Below, piece after piece: positions 28,978 to 39,348 of a stretch of DNA of 64,000 nucleotides (the stretch's first letter is position 1; each line of letters opens with the position of its first letter). The notes below the pieces were generated by a model. It made no database searches, was not told the DNA's origin, and saw only the letters and a list, made by a program, of their open reading frames with translations. Source of the DNA: Bacillota bacterium (GTDB lineage Bacteria > Bacillota > JAAYKD01); assembly GCA_963666425.2 (NCBI GenBank), contig OY762825.2, positions 2,048,001 to 2,112,000 on the forward strand. Reading direction: 5' to 3'. The translations under genes and the position numbers were made by a program.

Positions 28978-30303
28978 TTAAACCGGCTTATCTTTATTGA
29001 CGAACCGATTGATGCTTTTCAAAAAAAACAGATTGACGGTGCCGGTCGGGCCATTACGCTGTTTGGCAATGATCAGTTCCGCTCCGTTGGGGTCGGTGCT
29101 GGGATTATTATAATAGTCGTCACGGTAGAGAAAAACAACCACATCCGCATTGGCTTCGATACCGCCGGATTCCAACAAATCGGATAACATCGGGCGTTTA
29201 TCATTACGGCCTTCTACACCGCGGTTTAATTGGGAAGCCACCATAATCGGCAGGTCGAGTTCCTTGGCGATTGCTTTCAATGTCCGGGAGATGAAGGAAA
29301 TTTCCTGCTGGCGGGATTCCGGCTTGCTTTCGATGGTCATCAGCTGCAGGTAATCGATCGCAACCATGCCGATATTCAGCTCGGCTTTCATGCGGCGCAG
29401 ACGGGAACGAAATTCCACAACGGAAAGTGAAGGGGTATCGTCGATGTAGATTGGTGCGGCGGACAGCGGGCCGATGGCCTGGGTAATCTTGCTCCAGTCG
29501 TCTTCTTCCAAATAACCATTGCGCAGTTTATAGAGATCGACATTCGCTTCACCGCAAAGGATCCGCTGTGCCAACTGTTCTTTGGACATTTCCAGACTGA
29601 ACAAAGCGCAGGGTACATGATTGTTGACTGCTGCGTGCTGTAAGATATTGGTCATGATCGTCGTTTTGCCCACGCCGGGGCGAGCGGCCAAAATGATCAA
29701 ATCCGAGCGCTGCATGCCGGCTGTAAAGCGGTCAAATTCATAAAAGCCGGTGGAAACGCCGGTTAGACCACCTTTTTGGTTCATCAGGGTTTCCAACTCT
29801 TCGTAGGTATGAAAGAGGATGCTGCCAATGGATGCGTAGGTGGAGCCGCTGCCGCGGCGGTTGCCGATCTCCAGGAATTCTTTTTCCGCTTTATTGAGAA
29901 TTTCACCGGCAGATTCTTCGGCGGCGAAGGCCAGATTGCTGATTTTGTGCGCACTGGCGATCATCGCCCGCAAAGCCGATTTTTCCTGCAGGTCTTTAAT
30001 ATAAGCCGGCAGGTTGGCGGTGGTCGGCACAATTTCCACCAGTTGATTGAGATAAGCGAGGCCCCCGGCGGTTTCCAATTTTTGTCTGCGCCGAAGTTCG
30101 TTGATTAACGTGATCAAATCCAGCGGTTCTCCGCGTGCATAGAGATCGTAGGCGGCCGCGTAGATTTCCCGGTTGTTTTCCCAATAAAAATCGTTTTCAC
30201 GCAGTTCTTCCATGATGCTGGTGATGGCGTTGCGTTCAATCAGCATCGAACCCAGCACAGACTGTTCCGCTTCCAAACTCTGAGGCATGTTACGATCGGG
30301 CAT
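28978..30303 (-). CDS. dnaB: Replicative DNA helicase
   Basis: PQS.EAEQSVLG, ARPGVGKT, SLEM, DYLQL, SQLNR and KQRNG motifs. Confidence 0.97.
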   Translation of the reverse strand: MPDRNMPQSLEAEQSVLGSMLIERNAITSIMEELRENDFYWENNREIYAAAYDLYARGEPLDLITLINELRRRQKLETAGGLAYLNQLVEIVPTTANLPAYIKDLQEKSALRAMIASAHKISNLAFAAEESAGEILNKAEKEFLEIGNRRGSGSTYASIGSILFHTYEELETLMNQKGGLTGVSTGFYEFDRFTAGMQRSDLIILAARPGVGKTTIMTNILQHAAVNNHVPCALFSLEMSKEQLAQRILCGEANVDLYKLRNGYLEEDDWSKITQAIGPLSAAPIYIDDTPSLSVVEFRSRLRRMKAELNIGMVAIDYLQLMTIESKPESRQQEISFISRTLKAIAKELDLPIMVASQLNRGVEGRNDKRPMLSDLLESGGIEANADVVVFLYRDDYYNNPSTDPNGAELIIAKQRNGPTGTVNLFFLKSINRFVNKDKPV

Positions 30304-30326
30304 GGGATACCTCCGTTCTGTGATCG

Positions 30327-32261
30327 TCAATCAATTGCTTCGGTCAGCATGATTTTCATGGCTTCTTCAATATTTGCATAGGGGGTCAGCTTGACGCCGT
30401 ACATTTCGGCAGGCAGTTCTTTGCTGTTGGCTGCCGGGACCAGGATTTCTTTCATGCCCGCCCGTGCAGCGCCGTAGAGCTTGCCATATAAGCCGCCAAC
30501 CGGTTTGATCAGCCCCTGCAGGGAGATTTCTCCGGTCATGGCGATATCCTGGCGGACCGGCGTATTGCGGACGGCGCTGATCAGGGCCAGGGTCAGCGCC
30601 CCGCCTGCCGAAGGACCGTCGACATTGCCGCCGCCGACAAAATTGACATGTACGTCATAATCCTGTAAATGCAGATTGAGCACTTTGCGCAGGACTGTGG
30701 ATGCAACAAAGATAGAATCTTTAGCCATCGAACCGGCGGTATCGTTAAAACGAATGCTGCCTTTACCTTTTTCCGTGCTTGGGAAGACTGCCGCTTCAAT
30801 TTCCAAGACACTGCCGCTAAAGCCAAAAGCACCCAAGCCAAAGACTTGACCTACTTTCGGTGTTTCCTGCGCCAGATAGGGAGCCTGCGGGGTAATGCGG
30901 CTGATCTGCAGAATTTCCTGCACATCGGCAACCGTAACATCCACATTACGCCGGCGATCCAATTTTTCTTTGATCCGCGAGAGTACAAAACCATAACTGT
31001 CGGCCAGAATATTCACAGCTTTTCTGGCTTCGTCGGTATGTTCGGCAATTAGTTTTTCTGCCCCGGCGGCCAGATTGATGTGCAGGCGTTTGGCTGCTCC
31101 CAGCACGACTTGTTCGATATCCTCTTTATAGAGAGGATCAAAGAAAACTTCGGCACAGCGGGAACGGATGGCGGGATTGATTTCTTCCGGACTGCGGGTG
31201 GTGGCACCGATCAGAATGAAATTAGCCGGTGCCCCTTCTTCGAACAGCCGGTGAATATACTCCGGTATATTGGTGTTTTCTGGATCGTAATAGGAAGATT
31301 CAAAGAAAACCCGCTTATCTTCCAGTACTTTCAGCAATTTGGCCTGCAGTTGATAATCCATTTCGCCAATTTCATCGATGAAGAGAATACCGCCATGCGC
31401 GTCGGTGACCAAGCCTGGCTTGGGCTCCGGTACGGCATTGTCTGCCAAATCACGCCGAGCCCCCTGATAGATGGGGTCATGCACCGAACCCAATAAGGGA
31501 TTGGTGATCTCACGCGGGTCCCAGCGCAGTACGGTACCGTCTACTTCGATAAAGGGGGCATTGGCGCTGAAGGGAGAATGAGGAGAGGTGCGGGCTGCTT
31601 CCAGCACCAGACGGGCTACCGTTGTCTTGCCGACACCGGGCGGACCGTAAAGCAGGATATGTTGAGGAAAGGGAGTGGCAAGCTTGGCCATCAAGGCGGT
31701 TTTGGCTTGGGCTTGTCCAACTACCTCATCCAAAGTATGCGGCCGCATCTGTTCCATGGCCATTTTTGGCGCTTTGCGTTTTTCCAAAGCCAATAAGGTT
31801 TTCAATTTTCGGGTAGTAATTTCCGTTTCGGGCCCATTCTCTTCTTTGATCAGAGTGAGTTTGAGATCCCGCATATAGTCATCCTGCTGACTTTGAATGC
31901 GCTCGTTGACGATTTTTTCCAAACGGTCTTCTACAGAGCGGCGGGCGATGAATTCAGCCAGATCATTTTCCACCTGTTCCATGACCGCTGCCAAGTCTTC
32001 TTTTTTAGGTTCGGGCAGTGTGGGATCGGAGCTTAACAGTTTTTGTAAGCCCCAAAGACGTTTCATTTCGTCATCATCACTGACCAGATCGATGATTTCC
32101 ATTTTTGCGGCGCGGGCGACCAGCCGATCCGGTCCCAGCACCTGAGCCATCAGCGCATAAAGGGCCGTCACACGCTGATTCAAGAGATCCGTCTGATTAG
32201 CGATATCCTGCCAATTTAGATCCTTGAATTGGTTTAAATAATCGTGAATGGTATGTTGCAA
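30327..32261 (-). CDS. lonC: Lon-family ATP-dependent protease (LonB/LonC type)
   Basis: GPPGVGKT Walker A, LFIDE Walker B, DGPSAG Ser motif and downstream Lys, MTGEISL. Confidence 0.9.
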   Translation of the reverse strand: MQHTIHDYLNQFKDLNWQDIANQTDLLNQRVTALYALMAQVLGPDRLVARAAKMEIIDLVSDDDEMKRLWGLQKLLSSDPTLPEPKKEDLAAVMEQVENDLAEFIARRSVEDRLEKIVNERIQSQQDDYMRDLKLTLIKEENGPETEITTRKLKTLLALEKRKAPKMAMEQMRPHTLDEVVGQAQAKTALMAKLATPFPQHILLYGPPGVGKTTVARLVLEAARTSPHSPFSANAPFIEVDGTVLRWDPREITNPLLGSVHDPIYQGARRDLADNAVPEPKPGLVTDAHGGILFIDEIGEMDYQLQAKLLKVLEDKRVFFESSYYDPENTNIPEYIHRLFEEGAPANFILIGATTRSPEEINPAIRSRCAEVFFDPLYKEDIEQVVLGAAKRLHINLAAGAEKLIAEHTDEARKAVNILADSYGFVLSRIKEKLDRRRNVDVTVADVQEILQISRITPQAPYLAQETPKVGQVFGLGAFGFSGSVLEIEAAVFPSTEKGKGSIRFNDTAGSMAKDSIFVASTVLRKVLNLHLQDYDVHVNFVGGGNVDGPSAGGALTLALISAVRNTPVRQDIAMTGEISLQGLIKPVGGLYGKLYGAARAGMKEILVPAANSKELPAEMYGVKLTPYANIEEAMKIMLTEAID

Positions 32262-32359
32262 CTTCAATCCTCCCAAAGCTGATCTACGATAAAGAGCAAA
32301 AGGAAGGGCGATGGTGGATCGCCCTTTTCATAAACTCGAAGGAATTATTAATCAGCCGC

Positions 32360-32809
32360 TTAGTCGAGAGGATGAATTTTGATGGTCAGTTTGACCGTCA
32401 TGCCCGGATAAATCCGCACATCCGCTTCATACACACCGAGTGTCTTAATCGGTTCCTTCATTTCGATTTTTTTACGATCAATGCTGATTTTATGCTGGCG
32501 GCTTAATTCATCGGCAATGCTGCTGTTGGTAACAGAACCGAAGAGCTTGCCGCCTTCGCTGTGTTTGCACTTGATAATCACTGAGACACTTGCTATTTTT
32601 TTGGCTAATTCCAGGGCTTTTTCTTTTTCCCGTTGCTCTCGGCGCGCCTTGCCGTCATCACGCTCCTGCATTTGCTGCAGAGCACCGGCCGTCGCCTCGA
32701 CAGCTAAACCGCGCGGCATCAGATAATTCCGGCAATAGCCTTCTGCCGCATGGATTTTTTGGCCTTTTTGGCCGATCCCTTTGACATCCTGTGTGAGGAT
32801 TACTTCCAT
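32360..32809 (-). CDS. rplI: 50S ribosomal protein L9
   Basis: M.VIL.QDVKG.G.KG, GY.RNYL and KLFGSVT motifs. Confidence 0.98.
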   Translation of the reverse strand: MEVILTQDVKGIGQKGQKIHAAEGYCRNYLMPRGLAVEATAGALQQMQERDDGKARREQREKEKALELAKKIASVSVIIKCKHSEGGKLFGSVTNSSIADELSRQHKISIDRKKIEMKEPIKTLGVYEADVRIYPGMTVKLTIKIHPLD

Positions 32810-32839
32810 TGTTCATCGCTCCTTTGTTGCGCCTCTTCC

Positions 32840-33877
32840 TTAGGGAAGGGAAGGCGGATCGTTCTTGTTCTGATCGTGATCTTTTTCGGCATCATCGGTC
32901 TTTTGCAGTTCAGTGTTCGCACGGGAACGAGGTCCGATTTTCCGTAAATCAAAAATAAAATCGACAAAACCTAAAAGGATCACACCGGTAGAGATATAGG
33001 GATTAAACAGAACAAAAATCAGCAGCAGCCAGCGAAAAAGTTTGCTGACGTGCAGTTTTTGCATAAACCAGACCATGACAGCCAAGCCTTGAATCAAAAT
33101 CAGATAGTAAGTCACCTGAAAAATGTTCTGAGCCGAGGTGGAGAGCCAGGTAATTGAGAAATAGCTGCCGGCAGAGTTAGCCAGAATACTCAGCAGGAAA
33201 ATTAAACCGGTATAATCCGGCAAACGCCAGGAGGGGAAGGGGGCTAAGCCTTCCATCGGGAGATGCATGCGTTTCATCACAATGCCGAGAATTTGGAAAT
33301 TCACTAAGGCATTCATGGCCGAGCTTAAGGTCAGCAACATGGGCAGCAGGGGACCGAAATAAGCTTCCGCATAGGTCGGGATTTGCCGGATCAGGTCCAG
33401 TTGCTCCTCCGGGAAATTGAACTGCTCGATCATACTCAGAGAAATCTGCGACGCTTCCTGATAGAGTTTCACCATTTCATCCAGGAAATTATAATCCATC
33501 AATTTGGAGGAAAGTACAATTAAAAAAACAAAGCCGACCAAGGTGGCGGCCGTTGTGGCAGCCAAAGTGGTCCAGGGGCTCCATTTCTTCCCTACTCCTA
33601 AGCCAAGAATTAAACCGGAAAACTGCAATGTAGTACAACCGGAAATAACGAAGACGGGATCCAGCAATAAGAGCAGGACCAGTTCCGCGGCAACGGCAGA
33701 AAGCAAACCGGCTTTCCAGCCATGGCGGCAAGTCATGATTGCGGTTGGTGTTGTCATGGCTAAAATCAGCAGGGTTCCCAGCGGTGTATAGTAAGTCACT
33801 AAAGCCAGAAGGACAAAAACAGCAGCCAGCATAGCACCCTCTGTGACCATGCGGACAGAGAATCGACGATTCATCAA
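32840..33877 (-). CDS. yybS: DUF2232 / YybS-family membrane protein
   Basis: EGA..AA N-terminus, multiple TM segments, QGLA, LG..D..FD.R; position between rpsR and rplI. Confidence 0.88.
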   Translation of the reverse strand: MMNRRFSVRMVTEGAMLAAVFVLLALVTYYTPLGTLLILAMTTPTAIMTCRHGWKAGLLSAVAAELVLLLLLDPVFVISGCTTLQFSGLILGLGVGKKWSPWTTLAATTAATLVGFVFLIVLSSKLMDYNFLDEMVKLYQEASQISLSMIEQFNFPEEQLDLIRQIPTYAEAYFGPLLPMLLTLSSAMNALVNFQILGIVMKRMHLPMEGLAPFPSWRLPDYTGLIFLLSILANSAGSYFSITWLSTSAQNIFQVTYYLILIQGLAVMVWFMQKLHVSKLFRWLLLIFVLFNPYISTGVILLGFVDFIFDLRKIGPRSRANTELQKTDDAEKDHDQNKNDPPSLP

Positions 33878-34027
33878 TGTTCACCTCGTTTAATCGGAGC
33901 TAGGTATCATCAATTGTTCTTATTCGCTTGAAACAGCAATGAATCCTGCATGAAAAAAAAGAAGCGGCAAGGCAAAAAAGACCGCTCCAAACCATTTGTT
34001 TGAAGCGATCTTCGTTTCTTTAAGATA

Positions 34028-34297
34028 CTACTCGGTTGTGAAGGGAAGCAGAGCAACGATACGAGACCGTTTGATTGCCTGGGTCAGCGTGCGTTGATGT
34101 TTCGCGCAGCATCCGGAGATACGGCGGGGTAAAATTTTACCCCGTTCAGTCAGGAAGCGGCGTAATTTATCCACTTCTTTATAATCGATGGTTTCTACTT
34201 TATCGACGCAGAAACTGCAGACACGACGTTTGGGACGGCGGCCTTTTGGGCGGCGTTCGTCTTTATCACCACGGTCGCGATTGTATGATTCGGCCAT
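34028..34297 (-). CDS. rpsR: 30S ribosomal protein S18 (zinc-binding, C+ type)
   Basis: C.FC...[21 protein letters not shown]. Confidence 0.98.
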   Translation of the reverse strand: MAESYNRDRGDKDERRPKGRRPKRRVCSFCVDKVETIDYKEVDKLRRFLTERGKILPRRISGCCAKHQRTLTQAIKRSRIVALLPFTTE

Positions 34298-34334
34298 ATT
34301 GAATGACTCCTTTACTAACATTTATTTGATTGAA

Positions 34335-34778
34335 TTAGGAATTGAACGGAACATCGTCATCACTTTCGCTGGGTTGTTTCCCGGTTTTGCTGTCATTAGC
34401 GTCATAAGGTTCATAAGGCAGATCACCGGGCATTTCGCCGCTTTCCATACTGGTTTCTTTGGGACGATCCAAAGGAGTGATGCTGTTGCAAGTCACTTCG
34501 GTATAATCCCTGCGGCTGCCATCGGGTTGGCTGACGCTGTTGATATGCAAAGAACCTTCCACAGCAACCAGCCGGCCTTTATGGACATAATTGGAGACGA
34601 ATTCGGCGCGCTTATTCCAAGCGCTGCAACGAATAAAATCAGCCTGACGTTCTCCGTTGGGGCCTTTCATATTGCGGTCAACGGCTAAAGTAAAACGAAC
34701 AACCGAAGAACCACTGGGTGTATAGCGCATTTCCGGATCTCGGGTCAGACGTCCGACTAAGACGATATTGTTAACCAT
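34335..34778 (-). CDS. ssb: Single-stranded DNA-binding protein
   Basis: LVGRLTRDPE.RYT, LAVDR, acidic DDDVPF tail. Confidence 0.97.
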   Translation of the reverse strand: MVNNIVLVGRLTRDPEMRYTPSGSSVVRFTLAVDRNMKGPNGERQADFIRCSAWNKRAEFVSNYVHKGRLVAVEGSLHINSVSQPDGSRRDYTEVTCNSITPLDRPKETSMESGEMPGDLPYEPYDANDSKTGKQPSESDDDVPFNS

Positions 34779-34823
34779 CGTTGCATCCTCCATTTTTGTT
34801 TGTTAAGCCGACAGCTGACGGGA

Positions 34824-35111
34824 CTATTTTTCGACTCTCGTAATCATGAAACGGATAATTGGTTCCGTTAATTTTAAAACACGGTCGATTTCAGTTATGG
34901 CTGAAGGATCGGCATCAAAGGTAACAATCAGGTAGACCCCTTCTTTGAAATCATTGATTTCATAAGCGAGACGTCGCTTACCCCATTTTTTCACCTCTGT
35001 TACGCTGCCCTTAACGGTTTCGATTAATGTTTTCACTTTTTCGCCCACTGCTTCCAGAGCTTCACCCTCGAGCGTAGGATTAATGATATACATCAATTCG
35101 TAACTATTCAT
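34824..35111 (-). CDS. rpsF: 30S ribosomal protein S6
   Basis: YELMYI..P and WGKRRLAYEI motifs. Confidence 0.98.
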   Translation of the reverse strand: MNSYELMYIINPTLEGEALEAVGEKVKTLIETVKGSVTEVKKWGKRRLAYEINDFKEGVYLIVTFDADPSAITEIDRVLKLTEPIIRFMITRVEK

Positions 35112-35117
35112 TCAAAT

Positions 35118-35172
35118 TCACCTCCTCCCCCCCGGACTATACGGCCCTGCCTTTGGCAGAGCGGGGGAACAA
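35118..35172 (-). promoter_or_regulatory. S6:S18 ribosomal-protein leader (autoregulatory RNA)
   Basis: Structured leader CTCTGCC-AAA-GGCAGGG-CCG...AGTCC running into the GGAGGTG RBS of rpsF, the layout known for Firmicute rpsF leaders. Confidence 0.65.
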
Positions 35173-35208
35173 ATTAAAGTTTAACATAATTAGAACGAAA
35201 ATGCAACT

Positions 35209-35472
35209 TCATTTTCGCAACTGTTTTTCCTTTTTCTCGTCGGATGTATTGGTAAAAGCAGGCCGCTGCTGTGCAGTCAGGACAGCGTCCCCTCTGCTGA
35301 GGATGGATTTGACGCTTTTTTCAAATTTTACTCTGGGTAATAACAGGCTATGACCGCAGGTCGTACAGCGGATACGAAAATCCATGCCGATCCGGGTTAC
35401 TTCCCAGGTGTCGCCACCGCAGGGGTGGCTTTTGCGCATTTTTACCAGATCACCCAAGTAATATTCCGCCAT
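35209..35472 (-). CDS. DUF951 family protein
   Basis: GD.V.M.K.HPCG..W...R.GMD.RI.C..C. Confidence 0.92.
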   Translation of the reverse strand: MAEYYLGDLVKMRKSHPCGGDTWEVTRIGMDFRIRCTTCGHSLLLPRVKFEKSVKSILSRGDAVLTAQQRPAFTNTSDEKKEKQLRK

Positions 35473-35490
35473 AGGGCAGCTCCCTTCTGA

Positions 35491-36204
35491 TTAAAACAAA
35501 GCGATCAGGAAATAGAAGAATTTCATCATTTTATTGGCGAGGAAGGACTCGGTCACGGCAGTGGTTAAGCCAGACTGACTGGTGCTGCTCAAGATGGGCA
35601 GAACGACCGCGATGATAACGATCAAAATAGCAAATGACTGCAGCAGACCAACCAGCAAACCGCTGATTTTATCAGAAGTACCACCGGCAACCCGCAGCAC
35701 ATTGCGCAGTAAGAAGAGCAGCAGACTGGCGGCTAAATTAACGGCCAGAACGATCGCCAGAAAAGCCAAAGCGCTGATTAAGAGATTGGCCAGCATGGTT
35801 GCTACCAATTCACCTAAATTGCTGGACATGGACTGTAAATTAATCGTACCTATCGATTCGATCGCTTTTCGCAGCTGATCGAGGACCGATTGCGGCAGTT
35901 TAAGTGTAGCCAGCTGCTTCATCAGATAGGCAATCGGATCCGCCTCGGAGAGACTCATAGTGGGAATATTGATTTTCGGTGCGATGAAGTCGACGATTTT
36001 TTGATTCAGATGCCAATTCGAATTGAACCAGGCGGCAACAGCCGGATAATAGAAAATAGCAGCAATGAAACCGACAACAGAACCCAGAAGACTGATCAGG
36101 GTTTTGGTAAAACCGTTGTGAAAACCTCGCCAGGCTCCAAGCAGCAGAATGATAACAATAACACCGTCTATCCAGTTATAATTCTGCAGTGTGATACTTT
36201 CCAT
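35491..36204 (-). CDS. CvpA family membrane protein
   Basis: NWID.........G...GF N-terminus; DK..G...G motif. Confidence 0.85.
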   Translation of the reverse strand: MESITLQNYNWIDGVIVIILLLGAWRGFHNGFTKTLISLLGSVVGFIAAIFYYPAVAAWFNSNWHLNQKIVDFIAPKINIPTMSLSEADPIAYLMKQLATLKLPQSVLDQLRKAIESIGTINLQSMSSNLGELVATMLANLLISALAFLAIVLAVNLAASLLLFLLRNVLRVAGGTSDKISGLLVGLLQSFAILIVIIAVVLPILSSTSQSGLTTAVTESFLANKMMKFFYFLIALF

Positions 36205-36233
36205 TTCGTTCACATCCTTTTTTTATGGAAGAA

Positions 36234-37475
36234 TTAATTGGGAATTTTCCACAAAGTTAAGCGGCCGCTTTGGCCAAGACCGCAAAGGTATTCTCCGCTG
36301 GGAGAAAAAGCAAGATCGAATAAATCACTATCGGCATAGCGCTGTGAAACCAAAAGTGCACCTTCGTTGGACAGAGCATAAATCAGACTTTTGCCTCCTC
36401 CGTAGATGGCGTAGCCGGAAGGATGAATTTTTAAGCAAAGAGCAGGTTCCTTCAGTGCATAACTCCAGATTAATTGGTCATTTTGATTGTAATCAATAAT
36501 CCAACCGCTGTTTTCTGCGTCATTCCAACAGGCAGCCACAAAAGAAGCATTGGTTTGGCTGAGCGCAAGCTGGGTGATCCCGGCTGGTAATTGGATATAC
36601 TGATCATTTTTCTCAATTGCAGGGCCGGCAGGGTTGACTGAGGTGATTTCCGTGATTTTGTCCTGATCGCTGAAGCGATAAATTCTTGTATCCACCCCGA
36701 CCATGGCGGTAAGGCCGTCGTCGCTGATCACCGACACAGCAGTTTTAAATTTGCCGACCGTCATCCGATGGCTGACAATACCGCCGCTGTTCATCAAAAG
36801 GAAAGAAGAGGAACCATCGTTGAGCGAAGTGATCCCGATGACAGCGCCAACGCCGCCCGGCGCCAGCACAGCAGAGTCAATCGTGCAATTGGTTTCGATG
36901 TATTCCCAGACGATGTTGCCGTGATAGTCCAGCAAGCTTAAATGCCAGTCGGTTTCATTTTCTTTCGTGGTTACGAGTGTATAGCCGTCACTGCTGGGCC
37001 AAGCGTTGCCGGGCCAATTGAAGAAACGGTGCTCCCACAGAATTTCGCCTGCTAAATTATAGGCTTCCAGTGTTTTTTGACTGCGATGCAGCCAGACTTG
37101 CTGAACGCCGTCGGTGTAAACAAACAGAGAGTAATTTTTCAGGAGAATACTGGCGGAGCTTTGTAAATGCTGTTCTGCGTCAATCAGTAAAGTTGTGCCG
37201 GTGGTTTGTGTATTGATCCAAGCCACGATGTCTGCTTCATCGTTGATTTGACCGATCCCACTGGGCAGGAGAGACTCATTTGACCAAACTTGCGATAGAC
37301 TTAGTTGTGAAACAACGGAAGGGGTATACCAATTTCTCTGCCAGGGCGTTCGGCTGGTAATGAAGCTGGTCAATAAACCGCCCAATATAGTGAGTGTCAG
37401 CAATAGAATGAAGATCGTTTTGGATAAAGCTGCGATTTTCTTGCTGGTAACGCTGGAAATACGCGCTCTCTTCAT
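36234..37475 (-). CDS. Membrane-anchored beta-propeller protein (PQQ/WD40-like repeats)
   Basis: One N-terminal TM segment; repeated G...W and S.DG blades; terminal LAFSPSGEYL...G.L.LW. Confidence 0.7.
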   Translation of the reverse strand: MKRARISSVTSKKIAALSKTIFILLLTLTILGGLLTSFITSRTPWQRNWYTPSVVSQLSLSQVWSNESLLPSGIGQINDEADIVAWINTQTTGTTLLIDAEQHLQSSASILLKNYSLFVYTDGVQQVWLHRSQKTLEAYNLAGEILWEHRFFNWPGNAWPSSDGYTLVTTKENETDWHLSLLDYHGNIVWEYIETNCTIDSAVLAPGGVGAVIGITSLNDGSSSFLLMNSGGIVSHRMTVGKFKTAVSVISDDGLTAMVGVDTRIYRFSDQDKITEITSVNPAGPAIEKNDQYIQLPAGITQLALSQTNASFVAACWNDAENSGWIIDYNQNDQLIWSYALKEPALCLKIHPSGYAIYGGGKSLIYALSNEGALLVSQRYADSDLFDLAFSPSGEYLCGLGQSGRLTLWKIPN

Positions 37476-37498
37476 CGATCCATCACCTCTTTCGTTTC

Positions 37499-38260
37499 TT
37501 AAGATTCGTAATCCACTACGATTTGTTTTAATAATTCCAGCCAAACAAAATTGCCGGAATATTCAAGGTGCAGCCCGTCAGGGCTTTCCGCTTCCCGCAT
37601 CACGCCGGCCTGATCACAAAAAGCAGAAGCGATATCCAGAAAAGCAAAACCGGATTGACGGCAAACCTGGGCTAAAGCCGCATTATAGGCAGCAATGGCT
37701 GTATTGCTGCGGCAGGTATCCAATAATTCATGGCTGGCAGTGACATGAAAAATAGCTTGTGCATAAATCTTGGCATGTGGCCAGTTTGTCTGCAGTTTGG
37801 TCAGCAATTGCTGATATTGTGCCGCAAACTCTTCCGGACTGTAACCATAGCCCATATCATTGATGCCGAGCAACAGAAAAACGCGCTTCGGCGTTGTTTG
37901 GCTCAATTCATTCAGCCGTGCCTCGGCTTTGCTCACCGTCAGACCGACTTCGTCTAAAAAAACAGACTGTTGTTTTAGTCTGGTGTAACCTTCCAGTCCA
38001 TTGGTAAAAGAATCGCCGATAAAACAGCTATTGGTGAAAAAAGGGTCCAAATCGATATCGTAAGAAGCCGGTTTCAATTGACCATCCGCCGGGACGACGA
38101 TATAATCCATCACCGAAGGAATCGGTTTCAGCAGCGGAAAGCTCTGCAGCTGCTCACGAGGCGCCGTGATCTGCCCATAGAGCAGCAGAGCAGCGCTGAG
38201 TGTCAAGAGAATCCAGAAGAAAGAAAGCTTGCGGGAAGGCATATCGTTCACCTGCGTCAT
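37499..38260 (-). CDS. Membrane-anchored SGNH/GDSL hydrolase
   Basis: FIGDS, LG.ND and DGLH blocks. Confidence 0.9.
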   Translation of the reverse strand: MTQVNDMPSRKLSFFWILLTLSAALLLYGQITAPREQLQSFPLLKPIPSVMDYIVVPADGQLKPASYDIDLDPFFTNSCFIGDSFTNGLEGYTRLKQQSVFLDEVGLTVSKAEARLNELSQTTPKRVFLLLGINDMGYGYSPEEFAAQYQQLLTKLQTNWPHAKIYAQAIFHVTASHELLDTCRSNTAIAAYNAALAQVCRQSGFAFLDIASAFCDQAGVMREAESPDGLHLEYSGNFVWLELLKQIVVDYES

Positions 38261-38478
38261 GAGATTTGTCTATTCAGTATTGTATCTCAGAATTTGGTGT
38301 GACGCAAGAGCGAATCGTGACGAAAGCTTGAATCTCTCAAGAAGAAGCTTTGGATTTTATCGGATGCAGTGCTATAATGTAACAGGAAATGATGTACTAA
38401 ATAGAGAAGCAGCTGCCGTCGGAAGAGCGGCAGGCGATGATAGGAAAGAAGCTGGGTTTTTAAGGAGGAGATGGCAGG

Positions 38479-39273
38479 ATGAACCAGGTAAAAGCATGGC
38501 AGCGAACCGCTTTGTTGGTTGGAGAGCAAGGCTTAGCCCGCTTGCAGGCCGCCAGTGTGATGATCGTTGGTTTAGGCGGTGTCGGTTCCTTTGCGCTGGA
38601 AGCGATTGCCCGCGCCGGGGTTGGCCGTATTATTTTGGTGGATGACGATTTTGTTGAGGAGAGCAATCTCAATCGTCAGTTGCTGGCGCTGCATTCTACG
38701 ATTGGTATGTCGAAAGTGGCGGCAGCCGCGGCACGCATCAGAGACATCAATCCAGAGTGTCAGATTGAAATGCTGTGCCTGACTGTCACCCCGGCCAATA
38801 TACAGGATCTGCTCGCGCTAAGACCGGACTATGTCATCGACGCCATCGACAGTGTGGCGGCGAAAGCAGCTTTATTGGCGGAAACCTATCTGGCTGGGAT
38901 TCCTGTCCTCGGTGTGATGGGAACCGGGAATAAATTAGATGCCAGCAGCTTTTTGATCACAGATATCAGCAAGACTCACACCTGTCCGCTGGCGAGAGCA
39001 CTGCGGCGGGAATTGAAACAGCGCGGTATCCTGAAAGGGATCCGGGTGATTTATTCTCCCCTGCCGCCGATGATCGTGGCAGACAGCGCCTATGCCGGCG
39101 GGACAGAGAAGAACTTGCCGGATGCGATGTCTGCAGCGCTTGCAGAAGCCGCTCCGGAAGAACCGGTCAGGTTAAAACGCAGACCGCCGGGCAGTATCAG
39201 TTTTGTGCCGCCGGTTGCCGGTATGCTGGCTGCCGGTGAAGTGGTTCGTTATTTGCTGCAAAGAGAAATTTAA
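38479..39273 (+). CDS. tcdA: tRNA threonylcarbamoyladenosine dehydratase (ThiF/E1-like)
   Basis: GLGGVGS, SNLNRQ, DAID, DISKT..CPLAR and PGSISFVP motifs. Confidence 0.92.
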   Translation: MNQVKAWQRTALLVGEQGLARLQAASVMIVGLGGVGSFALEAIARAGVGRIILVDDDFVEESNLNRQLLALHSTIGMSKVAAAAARIRDINPECQIEMLCLTVTPANIQDLLALRPDYVIDAIDSVAAKAALLAETYLAGIPVLGVMGTGNKLDASSFLITDISKTHTCPLARALRRELKQRGILKGIRVIYSPLPPMIVADSAYAGGTEKNLPDAMSAALAEAAPEEPVRLKRRPPGSISFVPPVAGMLAAGEVVRYLLQREI

Positions 39274-39274
39274 A

Positions 39275-39330
39275 AAGAGAGGATTGTCTTCATCTGATGC
39301 TGAGATCAGGTAAGGACAATCCTCTCTTTT
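39275..39330. terminator. Bidirectional terminator
   Basis: AAAAGAGAGGATTGTC...GACAATCCTCTCTTTT. Confidence 0.85.
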
Positions 39331-39348
39331 TAACAGATTCGCAGCCAA

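Noticed and set aside
28087-29187. Long antisense ORFs (also 4691..5434, 25907..26743, 17522..18163 and similar)
   Set aside because: They are shadows of well-supported genes on the opposite strand.
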